From: Torpedo marmorata
Lineage: Eukaryota
Assembly: GCA_977017645.1 (NCBI GenBank)
Contig: OZ360243.1
Location: 4,526,001 to 4,590,000, forward strand
Reading direction: 5' to 3'
Length of the DNA stretch: 64,000 nucleotides
Of the stretch, positions 12,839-24,504 are shown piece after piece. Position 1 is the stretch's first letter. The number at the start of each line of letters is the position of its first letter. The notes under the pieces were generated by a model. That model made no database searches, was not told the origin of the DNA, and was given only the letters and a program-made list of their open reading frames with translations. The position numbers and the translations under genes are program-made.

Positions 12839-15800
12839 TGGCTACGACGGCTGGCCACAGAGACAGCCTACTGTACATCAGGGACAAGAATTCCAGGCGG
12901 CGGTTCCTCGTGGACACAGGAGCTGAAATCAGCATTATTCCCCCGACACCGTACGAAACCAGGACCCGGTCACAGGGACACGCGCTGCGGGCCGCCAATG
13001 GCAGCTCCATTCCAACATTCGGCCCGAGGACGGCATACCTCCGGTTCGGCGACATCCATTTCTCATGGGAGTTCACGCTCGCAAGCATCTGGATGCCCAT
13101 CCTAGGGGCCGACTTCTTCAGGGCACACAGCTTACTGGTAGACCTGCAGGGTAAGCGGCTGGTCCATGCACGGACCTTCCAATCCTTTGCCCTGCAAAAA
13201 TACAATCACCACTCCACCCAGCTGAGCTCCGTAGCGCAGCCATAGGACGATTTCACCTGCTTGCTTGCTGATTTCCCGTCGATTTCCGACCCCAAGTTCA
13301 CAGCAGAGATGCCCAAGCATGGTGTCAGGCACCACATCACCACCCAGGAACCACCGCTCCACGCCCACACACACCGCTTGCCCCCGGATAAACTCCGACT
13401 AGCCAAAGAGGAGTTTAGCAGGATGAAGGCCTTAGGGATAATCAGACGCTCTGATAGTCCCTGGGCAAGCCCACTGCACATGGTGCCCCAAGCATCCGGC
13501 GGGTGGAGGCCATGCGGTGACTACCGCAGGCTTAATGAAGCCACCACTCCCGACCACTACCCTGTACCCCACATTCAGGACTTCGCTGCCAACCTGCATA
13601 TATTCTCAAAGGTCGACCTCATCCGAGGTTATCACCAAATCCCTGTGCTACCGGAGGATGTGCCCAAAACAGCCATCATAACCCCTTTTGGCCAGTTTGA
13701 ATTCCTCCGCATGCCATTCTGGCTAAAGAACGCGGCCCAAACCTTCCAACGCTTAATGGATGCGGTAGGGCGGGATTTGGACTTCCTTTTCATTTACTTG
13801 GGTGATATACTTATCGCCAGTAAAACCCGCCAGGAGCACATAGCACACCTCCACCAGCTGTTCAAACGCCTAAACCAATTCGGCCTTACAGTCAACCTGT
13901 CCAAATGCCAGTTCGGCCTCTCCACAATTGACTTCCTGGGCCATAGGATCACACGCCATGGCGCAACTTCCCTACCCGACAAAGTGGACGTGGTTCGCGA
14001 ATTCCCCTGGCCATCCACCGTCAAGGGCCTCCAAGAGTTCGTGGGGATGGTCAATTTTTATCACAGATTCCTGCCAGCAGCAGCCCGCATCATGCGTCCG
14101 CTTTTCACCTTCATGGCTGGCAAAGCCAAAGCGCTGGTTTGGGACGCAGAATCCACTGTGGCTTTTAACAAAGCCAAAGCGGCCCCGGTGATGCCACGAT
14201 GCTGGTTCACCCCAGAACCGACGTGCCAACCTCCCTCACGATGGACGCTTCAAACACGGCAGTCGGCAGGGTACTGGAGTAGTTTAGTGAAGGCAGCTGG
14301 AAACCCTTGGCCTTTTTCAGTAGACGTTTACGGCCACCCGAACTTAAATACAGCGCCTTCAACCGGGAGCTACTAGCACTGTACCTGGCCATACGGCACG
14401 TTCAATACTTTCTGGAAGGTAGATCATTCACTGCCTTCACTGACCACAAGCCGCTCACTTTCGCGTTCTCTAAAGTCTCTGACCCCTGGTCGGCCCGCCA
14501 ACAGCGCCAGTTGTCCTACATATCTGAGTTCACGACACAGATTCAGCGTGTCTCAGGAAAGGACAACGCTGTAGCAGATGCACTAGCCCAGCCAACTATC
14601 CAAGCCTTAGCCCAAGGGATCGACTACACCACCCTGGCAGAGGCACAGCAGGCTGATGAAGAGACGCACTGTTTCAGAACCGCGACCACCGGGCTGCAAC
14701 TACAGGACATCGCCATCGGGACAGGTGAGCAAACGTGATGTCTCCACAGGCCACCCCTCACCCATTGTCCCAGCCGTGTGGCAGAGGCAGGTTTTCGATT
14801 CCATTCACGGCTTATCCCACCCGTCCATCAGAACTACCGCTAAGCTGATTTCCGGTAAATTCGTCTGGCACGGTCTCCGCAAGAAAGTCACCGAATGGGC
14901 CAAGAACTGCGTGCAGTGCCAGACCTCAAAAGTCCAAAACCACACGAAGACCCAACCACAAAAATTTGAGCCAACGACCAGGCGATTTGACCACATACAC
15001 ATAGACCTGGTAGGCCCCCTACCCGTCTCCAGAGGAGGGCGATACCTCCTCACCATGGTGGACTGTTTTACTCGCTGGCCCGAGGCAGTCCCTCTCGCGG
15101 ACATCACCACCGAAGCCTGTGCCAGAGCCCTTATCATCATGTGGGTCGCACGCTTTGGGGTGCCAGCCCACATTACCTCGGACAGGTGGGCCCAATTTAT
15201 ATCAGCCCTGTGGACAGCCATGGCCAACTTGCTGGGCACACAGCTCCACAAAATGACGGCTTACCACCCACAATCTAATGGTTTAGTGGAACGCTTCCAC
15301 CGCCACCTAAAAGCCGCTCTAATGACCCGCCTAGACGGCCCGAATTGGGTGGACGAGCTGCCGCGTGTCCTCCTGGGGATCCGCACAGCGCCTAAAGAAG
15401 ACCTCAATACCTCGTCGGCAGAATTGGTCTACGGAACCCCCTGGTGTTACCAGGGGAATTCCTACCCGCCCCAAGGGGGCAAGATGCCAGCACAGCAGAG
15501 ATGCTCAACAGACTCCGCGAGCAACTCGGCAACCTAGCACCGATCCCCACGTCACAACATGGACAGCGGCCCAAGCGCATCCCCAACAACCTGCGGAGCT
15601 GTGAGTAGGTGTTCGTCAGAAGGGGACCACACAGAGCACCACTACAACGGCCTTACGAAGGCCCTTTCTGGGTAGTTAAAAATAACGGCTCCACCTTCAT
15701 ATTGGACATTGGGGGTAAAGAAGAATGTTTCACAACAGACCGTTTAAAACCAGCACACATGGACTTAACTCAACCTATTGAACTACAGGCACCCAGACGC

Positions 15801-15860
15801 ATGGGCCGGCCTCCCAAACAACCGAGAGACTCTAACACCGGTTCTGGGGGGGGGGGGGGT
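12811..15860 (+). pseudogene. Retrotransposon pol (protease, RT, RNase H, integrase) with stops and frameshifts
   Basis: FLVDTGAEIS; RT with YLGD in place of YLDD; RELLAL; HGLSHP; NGLVERFH; PYEGPF. Confidence 0.9.
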
Positions 15861-16980
15861 TATGTAGCGGTACCCGCTCTGGGCAAGCGAACCGGTGCCC
15901 GCAATGGCAGCTGCGCGAGTACACGTGGCAACAGCAGGGGCCGGCGCAAAAATGGCACTGACCCCCCCTCCTTCTTCAACCAGGAGAAGAAGGACAGGAG
16001 ACCTGGGAAAGTTCCCATTGTAATGTACAGCTCCCATTGTCATGTAGACGACAGTGATTAAGCGGCAATGGTCATATAAACTACAGCAATTAAGCTCGAA
16101 GCCCTGCTTAAAAGCCAGGGCTGTGAGACCAGATTAAACAGTCTTGCTTGCAACAATCGACTGTGTGTTGTTTTTCAGAATTCTGTGTAGTTCACGCTAC
16201 AGGGCCACAAATTTCCCTTCACCATGAGTTGACAGTGGATATTAGAGCAGAGTAATGTTACTTTGAGTGTTGTTAGTGTAGCTCTTAGTGCTGCATTAAC
16301 ACCCTTTCTTCAAGCTGGATACTTTAATCATTGACTCCAACGTCAAGTTAACATTGAAGGACTAACTTCTGGCACTGAATTAATTCTTAATATTGAAGCA
16401 GAGCCCCCTCTAATTCTGGATTGTTGCTGTTTTGGGGGGTATGTGAGATCAGCTTTGATTACTGTGGGCAGGTGGTAAAGTTGATGACATTTCTATGAGC
16501 AAGTGACTGCTGGATTTTGGAGTGTTAATTTTGATCGGTGGATTTTGAGTGTCTTTAAACTTTGAGTGATACATTACAGAAGTATACCCTTCACCCACGA
16601 GTCCGCACGAGCCGTTCAACACCCATCTGTATGAACCTGTGATGGATCGAACATCTCCCCACATTATCGTTAACTTCTCTCACATTCCACCACGCCTGGC
16701 ACTGGAGGCAATTTACAGTGGACAGTCAGCCTCTCAAACTGCATCTCTTTGGTGTGGGGGTGGGGAAACTAGAACACAGGGTCACAGGGAGACCTTGCAA
16801 ACTCCACACAGACAGCACCCAAGGACAGGATCGAACCGGTTCTCTGTCACTGAAGTAACAGCTCTATTACTTCAACATTGTTTATGATAGCAACTTTTAA
16901 AACATGGTGTGTTGAAATTGACACAGTCTGTAAACTCAGTTGGGCAAATGTGTCTGGTATCACCTGATACCGAATGAGAT

Positions 16981-18025
16981 TGAATGTGTCTGGTGTGAGC
17001 TGATCCATCGGTGAATGTGTCTGGTGTGAACTGATCCCTCCGGTGAATGTGTTCGGTGTGAGCTGTTCCATCCAGTGAATGTGTCTGGTGTGAGCTGATC
17101 CATCCGGTAAATGTGTCTGGTGTGAGCTGATCCATCGGTGAATGTGTCTGGTGTGAGCTGATCCAGCCGGTGAATGTGTCCGGTGTGAGCTGATCCATCG
17201 GTGAATGTGTCTAGTGTGAGCTGATCCATCGGTGAATGTGTCTGGTGTGAACTGATCCATCCGGTGAATGTGTCTGGTGTGAGCTGATCCAGCCGGTGAA
17301 TGTGTCCGGTGTGAGCTGATCCATCCGGTGAATGTGTGCGGTGTGAGCTGTTCCATCCGGTGAATGTGTCTGGTGTGAGCTGATTCATCCGGTGAATGTG
17401 TGCGGTGTGAGCTGTTCCATCCGGTGAATGTGTCCAGTGTGAGCTGATCCAGCCGGTGAATGTGTCCGGTGTGAGCTGATCCATCCGGTAAATGTGTCTG
17501 GTGTGAACTGATCCATCCGGTGAATGTATCCGGTGTGAGCTGATCCATCCGGTGAATGTGTCCGGTGAGAGCTGATCCATCCGGTGAATGTATCCGGTGT
17601 GAGCTGATCCATCCGGTGAATGTGTCTGGTGTGAGCTGTTACAGCCGGTGAATGTGTCTGGTGTGAGCTGATACAGCCGGTGAATGTGTCCGGTGTGAGC
17701 TGTTACAGCCGGTGAATGTGTCTGGTGTGAGCTGATACAGCCGGTGAATGTGTCCGGTGTGAGCTGTTACAGCCGGTGAATGTGTCCGGTGTGAGCTGTT
17801 ACAGCCGGTGAATGTGTCCGGTGTGAGCTGTTACAGCCGGTGAATGTGTCTGGTGTGAGCTGATCCATCCGGTGAATGTGTCTGGTGTGAGCTGATCCAT
17901 CCGGTGAATGTGTCTGGTGTGAGCTGATCCATCCGGTGAATGTGTCTGGTGTGAGCTGATCCATCCGGTGAATGTGTCTGGTGTGAGCTGATCCATCCGG
18001 TGAATGTGTCTGGTGTGAGCTGATC
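16981..18025. repeat. 31/32-bp minisatellite (TGATCCATCCGGTGAATGTGTCTGGTGTGAGC)n
   Basis: About 33 tandem units with variant blocks; ends about 35 nt before a HAL acceptor. Confidence 0.97.
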
Positions 18026-18059
18026 ATGCCAGTAACCAGAGATTCTCTGCCGTCTGCAG

Positions 18060-18199
18060 CCTCCTGCCTCTCCTACGTCCCGGAGAAGGGAACGGTTGGG
18101 GCCAGCGGAGATCTCGCTCCCCTGGCTCATCTTGCCCTTGGATTGATGGGCGAAGGGAAAATGTGGTCACCAAAAAGCGGCTGGGCTGATGCTAAATAT
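18060..18199 (+). CDS. HAL: HAL internal exon with MIO-forming ASG tripeptide ([47 protein letters not shown])
   Basis: Acceptor cgtctgcag, donor gtgagt; GTVGASGDL signature, ASG codons at 18101-18109. Confidence 0.98.
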
Positions 18200-18871
18200 G
18201 TGAGTTCTCTTGGTTTTCTGTGACATTCAAGATTCAATTTATTGTCATAGTAATAAAACAGTGTCACATTACATGAAATTTCTTTTTGCCTGCTGCAAGG
18301 CAGACAGATTTGCCACCGGCAGAAATTGCCTAAGCGCCTCTAACATTCCTTACAGTCAGAGAAAGAGAAGCAAAAGAGAGAGAAAGAGGTTGCAAGGTTC
18401 AGGAACGCAGCGGATGCAGTGTCAGGCCATGGTTGAGTTTCAAGTAGTTAGTTGTGCTCGGCTCTTGAACCTCTGGGTCTGTTCTAGCCCCGGTTGGACC
18501 TTCCCCTGCACCTCCATCCTGCCGATTTCAAGGAGGATTCTTTGTCCTCGACCCCTCCCCATACGCTTTCTCTTGCTCGTTTATGTGTGACTCCTCCCCA
18601 ACTCCTGTAGTGCCGCCGTCTTCACTATCTATTCCTCAGTGCAATCTCGGGTAGGGGGGGTGGGGGGTGGGTGGCGGGGAGCTGTCTGTGTTGGTATTGG
18701 TCCTCAGCCCTGCATCATTATTCTCTGGTGCTGTGGCGTCGGTCACTGAGGGAGTGAGTGCCCCATCACTAGACTCTGTCGGTTGTGAAGTCCACCTGCT
18801 GTGTGGATGAGGCAGGGACACCTTCATCTGCGGTGCAGCCCCACATCTACCTACCTGACAGACACCAGACA

Positions 18872-19102
18872 ACCAGGAACTTCTTCACACAGAGAGTGGT
18901 GGGAGTGTGGAACGAGCTGCCAGCTGAGGTGGTGAATGCGGGCTCGATTTGTACATTTTAGAAGAATTTGGACAGGTGTATGGATGCGAGCGGTATGGAG
19001 GGCTATGGACTGGCTGCAGGTCAGTGGGACTAGGCAGAATTCAGCACAGACTAGAAGGGCCGAAGGGGCCTGTTTCTGTTCTGTAATGTTCTATGGTTCT
19101 AT
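18872..19102 (+). mobile_element. CR1 3' terminal fragment
   Basis: NFFTQRVVGVWNELP-coding tail followed by TTCTATGG repeats. Confidence 0.85.
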
Positions 19103-19766
19103 GGCCACTGCTGTTCCACCTGGGTTCCCCTGCAAACTGTCTGCCCCAGAGTTTGGCTTTAACAACGAAGCCTCTCTGTATCCATGGTCAAGGCCAGCAT
19201 ACTACAGAATAATTTCCATCTGGAAAGTGCCCACCCTGCATTTCTCCAAGGCTTGGAGACCTGGTTCTTGGGTCCTGACCCAAAACCTTGACCACCCCGC
19301 TCCCTTCAGCAGTTTGTGTTTTCCTCTTTTAAGGTTTAGGTGCATTGTGGATTTAAATAATTATCAGCTGGAGTTTGTGTCTGATGCAAATGCAGCATAA
19401 AAAACCGAAAGTGCTGGAAACCCTCAGTAGGTCAGTCGGCATCTGTGGGAAAATCAACAGTTAATGCTTCAGGTCGAATGCTCTTCACCTATTGGGGCTT
19501 CATCCTTGTCAGAACAGATGATGATACACAATGTACAGATACCCAAAATTCTTGTTTGCTGCAGCTGAACAAGTAATTAGTCACACAGCGTGGAAACAGG
19601 CCTTTCGGCCCAACTTGCACATATCGACCAAAATGTCCCACCCACACTGGTCCCGCCTGCCTACATTTGGCCCATATCCCTCCAAACCCATCCTATCCAT
19701 GGATCCGTCCAAATGTCCCACCTATACTGGTCCTGCCTGCCTGCGCTTGGCCCCACATCCCTCTAA

Positions 19767-22635
19767 ACCATATAACCATATAACCATATAACAATTACAG
19801 CACGGAAACAGGCCATTAGGCCCTTCCAGTCCGCACCGAACCAAAACATTCCTATCTAGTCCCACCTACCTGCACCTTGCCCATAACCCTCCACTTTCCT
19901 CACATCCATATACTTGTCCAACTTTTTCTTAAATACTAAAATTGACTCTGCTGCCACTACTTCTCCCGGAAGCTCATTCCACACCGCTACCACTCTCTGA
20001 GTAAAGAAGTTCCCCCTCATGTTACCTCTAAACCTCTGCCCCTTAACTCTTAGCTCATGTCCTCTTGTTTCAATCTCTCCTATTCTTAATGGAAATAGTC
20101 TATCCACATCCACTCTGTCTATCCCTTTCATAATTTTAAATACCTCTATCAAATCCCCTCTCAACCTTCTACGCTCCAAAGAATAAAGACCTAATCTGTT
20201 CAATCTCTCCTTGTACTCTAAATTCTTAAACCCAGGTAACATTCTGGTAAACCTTCTCTGCACTCTCTCCAATTTGTTGATATCCTTCCTATAATTTGGC
20301 GACCAGAACTGCACACAGAACTCTAAATTAGGCCGCACCAAAGCCTTATATAATCTCAACATCACTTCCCAACTCCTATATTCTATGCATTGATTGATGA
20401 AGGCCAGCATACTAAAAGCCTTCTTCACCACCCTATTCACATGAGTTTCCACCTTCAGGGAACGATGCACCGTTATTCCTAAATCTTTCTGCTCTTCTGT
20501 ATTCATCAATGCTCTCCCATTTACTACATATGTCCTGTTCTGATTCTTCTTTCCAAAATGAAGCACCTCACACTTATCAGCATTAAACTCCATCTGCCAT
20601 TTTTCAGCCCACTTTTCTAAGCAGCCCAAATCCTTCTGCAATCCTTGAAAACCTTCTTCATTATCCACTATTCCACCTATCTTGGTATCATCTGCATATT
20701 TACTAATCCAGTTTACCACCCCATCATCTAGATCATTAATATATATAACAAACAACAATGGGCCCAATACAGATCCCTGAGGCACACCGCTTGTCACGGG
20801 CTTCCAACCTGACAAACAATTATCCACTACCACTCTCTGGCCTCTCCCCTCCAGCCAATGTTCAATCCATTTGACTACCTCAGAATCTATACCTAAAGAC
20901 TGCACCTTCCTCACTAACCTTCCATGCGGAACCTTATCAAAGGCCTTACTGAAGTCCATATAGACAACATCCACTGCACTACCCTCATCCACAGTCCTAG
21001 TCACCTCTTCAAAAAATTCAATCAGATTGGTCAAACAGGACCTTCCGCTCACAAATCCGTGTTGAGAGTTCCCGATCAGACCCTGCCTATCCAGATATTT
21101 ATAAGTCCTATCTCTGAGAACTTTCTCCATTAATTTACCTACCACAGACGTCAAACTTACAGGCCGATAATTGCCAGGCTTCCTCCTTGAACCCTTTTTA
21201 AATAACGGAACCACATGCGCAATACGCCAATCCTCCGGCACTATCCCCGTCTCTAATGACATTTGGAAAATCGCCGTCAGAGCCTCTGCTATTTCTTCTC
21301 TTACTTCTCTCAAGGTCCTGGGGAAGATCCCGTCGGGTCCTGGAGACTTATCCACCTTTATATTCCTCAAAAGCCCTAACACTACATCTTTCGTAATCCC
21401 TATATTCTCCATATTTACCCCATTAGCTTTGTTTATCTGGCATATATCAATATCCTTCTCCTTGGTGAATACCGAAGAAAAAAAACTGTTCAATATCTCC
21501 CCCATTTCACTAGGCTCCACACACAGTTTTCCGCTCTGATTCTCTAAGGGACCAATTTTGTCCCTTGCTTTCCTCTTACCATTAACGTATTTGTAAAAAC
21601 CTTTTGGATTAACCTTCACCCTGCTTGCTATAGTCTCTTCATACCTTCTTTTTGCTATCCTAATTCCTCTCTTAAGATTCTTTTTACATTCATTGTATTT
21701 TACAAACATCTCCTTATTTCCATGCTTCTTATACTTAATATACGCCTCCCTTTTTTTGCGAACCAAGTTTCCAATATTCCTCGAGAACCACGGCTCCCTC
21801 AAACCTTTTGCCCCTCCTTTTAACCTAACAGGAACATAAATCTTTTGCACTCTCAAAATCTGATCTTTAAAAGACTTCCATCTCTCTACTACATCCTGCC
21901 CATAAAACAAATTGTCCCAATGCACACCCTGTAAGTCCTTTCGCATCTCCTCAAATCTAGCTTTTCCCCAATCAAAAACCTCAACCCTTGGCCCTGACTT
22001 ATCTCTTTCCATAATGACATTGAAGCTGATAGCATTATGATCACTGGACCCGAAATGCTCGCCAACACAAACCTCCGTCACTTGACCTATCTCATTTGCT
22101 AACAGTAGATCTAACACAGCTCCTTCTCTGGTCGGTACCTCTACATATTGTTGTAAAAAACTCTCCTGCACACATTTCACAAATTCCAACCCATCCAGCC
22201 CTTTCACAGAATGGGTCTCCCAATCTATATGTGGAAAATTAAAATCTCCCACAATCACAACCCTGTGCTTATCACAATTATCCACTATCTCCCTACAGAT
22301 ATGTTCCTCCAGGACTCGGTCCCCTCCGGGTGGTCTATAATACACCCCTACAAGTGTAACTTCTCCTTTCCCACTCCTCAGTTCTACCCAAACAGCCTCC
22401 GTCGACAAGCCATCTAATCTATCCTGCCTAAGCACCGCTGTAATATTCTCCCTGACAAGCAATGCAACTCCACCTCCTCTTGCTCCTCCGGCTCTATCAC
22501 ACCTAAAGCAACGAAACCCAGGGATATTCAACTGCCAATCACATCCCTCCTGCAACCATGTCTCACTAATGGCTACCACATCATACTTCCAAGTATCAAT
22601 CCACACCTTCAGCTCATCCACCTTTTTTACAATAC
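19767..22635 (-). mobile_element. Young 5'-truncated CR1 LINE
   Basis: (TATGGTTA)n 3' tail at 19767-19793; uninterrupted ORF2; inserted into an older CR1 3' fragment. Confidence 0.95.
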
Positions 22636-22660
22636 CCATCCTATTCATGTATCCATCCAA
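19856..22660 (-). CDS. CR1 ORF2 endonuclease-reverse transcriptase, 934-aa open frame (first ~8 codons from flanking DNA)
   Basis: SETWL, GDFN and SDH endonuclease motifs; DFSKAFD, GVPQGS and YADD RT motifs; no stops. Confidence 0.92.
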   Translation of the reverse strand: MDGYMNRMGIVKKVDELKVWIDTWKYDVVAISETWLQEGCDWQLNIPGFRCFRCDRAGGARGGGVALLVRENITAVLRQDRLDGLSTEAVWVELRSGKGEVTLVGVYYRPPGGDRVLEEHICREIVDNCDKHRVVIVGDFNFPHIDWETHSVKGLDGLEFVKCVQESFLQQYVEVPTREGAVLDLLLANEIGQVTEVCVGEHFGSSDHNAISFNVIMERDKSGPRVEVFDWGKARFEEMRKDLQGVHWDNLFYGQDVVERWKSFKDQILRVQKIYVPVRLKGGAKGLREPWFSRNIGNLVRKKREAYIKYKKHGNKEMFVKYNECKKNLKRGIRIAKRRYEETIASRVKVNPKGFYKYVNGKRKARDKIGPLENQSGKLCVEPSEMGEILNSFFSSVFTKEKDIDICQINKANGVNMENIGITKDVVLGLLRNIKVDKSPGPDGIFPRTLREVREEIAEALTAIFQMSLETGIVPEDWRIAHVVPLFKKGSRRKPGNYRPVSLTSVVGKLMEKVLRDRTYKYLDRQGLIGNSQHGFVSGRSCLTNLIEFFEEVTRTVDEGSAVDVVYMDFSKAFDKVPHGRLVRKVQSLGIDSEVVKWIEHWLEGRGQRVVVDNCLSGWKPVTSGVPQGSVLGPLLFVIYINDLDDGVVNWISKYADDTKIGGIVDNEEGFQGLQKDLGCLEKWAEKWQMEFNADKCEVLHFGKKNQNRTYVVNGRALMNTEEQKDLGITVHRSLKVETHVNRVVKKAFSMLAFINQCIEYRSWEVMLRLYKALVRPNLEFCVQFWSPNYRKDINKLERVQRRFTRMLPGFKNLEYKERLNRLGLYSLERRRLRGDLIEVFKIMKGIDRVDVDRLFPLRIGEIETRGHELRVKGQRFRGNMRGNFFTQRVVAVWNELPGEVVAAESILVFKKKLDKYMDVRKVEGYGQGAGRWD

Positions 22661-23009
22661 ATGTTTTTTAACCGGGATTCGAGAGGGTGCTGAGGGCAGG
22701 AAGGGCTCCCAAAGGGCCTTGGGCTCTGAAGGCTTCCTGATCGTGTCACAGGATTGGACCTGGAGCTCAGGTTGCCGATGGATCGAACAAGAGTTTGTGC
22801 GGCTGCAGAGGCTGCAGGAGCGCTGGAGGTGAATCCACGGACACTCAGTGACTCTGAAGGGACTCTCTTTTGCTTCTCTTTCTCTCTAACTGTAAGGGGT
22901 GCCGGGCAACACTAATGGCGAATCTTTGCCTTAGGTCAGGCAGAAGCAATTTTGTGTCATATTACTTGTTCTCAACTACTATTACATGAAAATAAAGGAA
23001 TATTGAATC

Positions 23010-23400
23010 TTGAAACATTGCAAAGGTACCTGCCTCAACCACCTCCTCCGGCAGCCAGTTCCATACACCCACTACCCTCTGTGTAAAAAAAAAAGTTACC
23101 CCTCAGGTTCCTGTGAATCTCTCCCCCATCACCTTAAACCCATGTCCTCTGGTTACTGGTTACTCTACACTGGACAAGAGACTCTCTGCATTCACCCGAT
23201 CTATTCCTCTCATGATGTTGTACACCTCTATGAGATCACCCCTCATCCTCCTGCGCTCCAAGGAATAAAGCCCCAGCCTGCTCACCTTCTCCCTGTAGCT
23301 CAGGCCCCCGAGTCCTGGCAACATCCTTGTAAATCTCCTCTGCACCTTCTCCAGCTCGACAACATCTTTCCTGTAGCACAGTGACCAAATCTGAACACAA
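23010..23400 (-). mobile_element. CR1 3' fragment
   Basis: QRRFTRMLPGL...LERRRMRGDLIEVY remnant. Confidence 0.85.
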
Positions 23401-23753
23401 TACTAATTCATTAAAAATAACTACAATAATATACATTAAATTAGAAAGATATAATACAAAAGATGGATAATAAATATTCACAGTTGCCATAATGCAAGAA
23501 AAAAGTGACGTTCAATAGTGCAGACAGTCCTTTTAGTTTCTTGGGACGGTCGATGGCCTATGAACGGTCCATGACTTGAAATGGGAAACTCTGTTTCTCT
23601 CCCTATGGATGCTGCCTGACCTGCTGAGTGTTTCCAACATTTTCTGTTCCCATTAAGAGCAGATATCTTGCAACACATTCTTTGTCATGATTGTTGATTC
23701 TGTTTGAGGCTGTGCTTGGAGATTGTTGCATTAACACCGGATCTTCTGTCTAG

Positions 23754-23801
23754 GTGTTGGAAGCACATGGACTGAAACCTGTTTCTTTAAAGCCGAAGGA
23801 G
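23754..23801 (+). CDS. HAL: HAL internal exon (VLEAHGLKPVSLKPKE)
   Basis: Acceptor cttctgtctag, donor gtaact; 48 nt, phase 0/0; found by reading the sequence (absent from the ORF track). Confidence 0.95.
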
Positions 23802-24504
23802 GTAACTGCAGACTTTGCTTTTCTTGTTGCTTTCTGCTACAGTTTGTATCATCTTCATTAACCTCCACTTGATGTATTTGTGCACGTGGAATCAACTTGA
23901 CTGATTATCTGATGCATTCATTTTGAACTTTTTGTAAACGCCAGGATATACAGCCAGGGTTGTAGGGCAGGGTGAGGTGGAAAACATAACAACCCATTTA
24001 GACGCAGCAAGCTCCAACAAGAGACTGCAATAGTAACTGGATGATTTAGTGCTTTTAGAAGGGTAGCTGTTGTCCAGGGCAGCTCAGCTACAGCGTGAAG
24101 GAGGACGGGGCCTCGGTTTAAGGTCACATCCAGAAGCTGGCAGTGATTTTCTCCCTCAGTGCTGCAGCCTGGATTCTATACTCAAGTCTCTGTTGTGAGA
24201 TTTGAACACAAGACCTTCTGATCCAGTATTACCAAGAGCCATGAATTCCTGGCACAGGTTCCCGCTGGTTTAACAACCAATAGCTTTGGTCATGGAGTAT
24301 GGTCATGGCACCTTTTCGATCGGTAGCACCACTGTTCTGGAGTGTCTGTGTGGCTGCTGTGGGAGGCACGTGTATCATGGGCACGCCACAGGAGTGGGCA
24401 GAGGCACAAGTGCCTGGTCAGTTCTGCCCAGAGCTGGTCATGGGGAGTCAGTCAGGCGATACGTTGGCAGCGCATTTCACATTTTCCTGGTATTTGTTAA
24501 CAGT

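Larger units (their letters stand above)
11739..16201 (+). mobile_element. CsRn1-clade Ty3/Gypsy LTR retrotransposon, full length, pol disrupted
   Basis: LTRs 11739-12100 and 15863-16201 with TGTAGCG...CGCTACA ends, GGGC TSD (11735-11738, 16202-16205), tRNA-Trp-type PBS TGGTGACCCCGAC (12102-12114), poly-G PPT, gag Cx2Hx9Cx3C motif, PR-RT-RH-IN order. Confidence 0.93.

Noticed and set aside
16847-18130. Long ORFs (up to 233 aa) across the 32-bp minisatellite
   Set aside because: Repeat translations in several frames with no domain content.
19856-22660. 934-aa ORF as a domesticated host gene or autonomous LINE
   Set aside because: It keeps the CR1 3' tail, is 5'-truncated, lacks ORF1 and is very similar to other CR1 copies here. 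Recent insertion explains the open frame.
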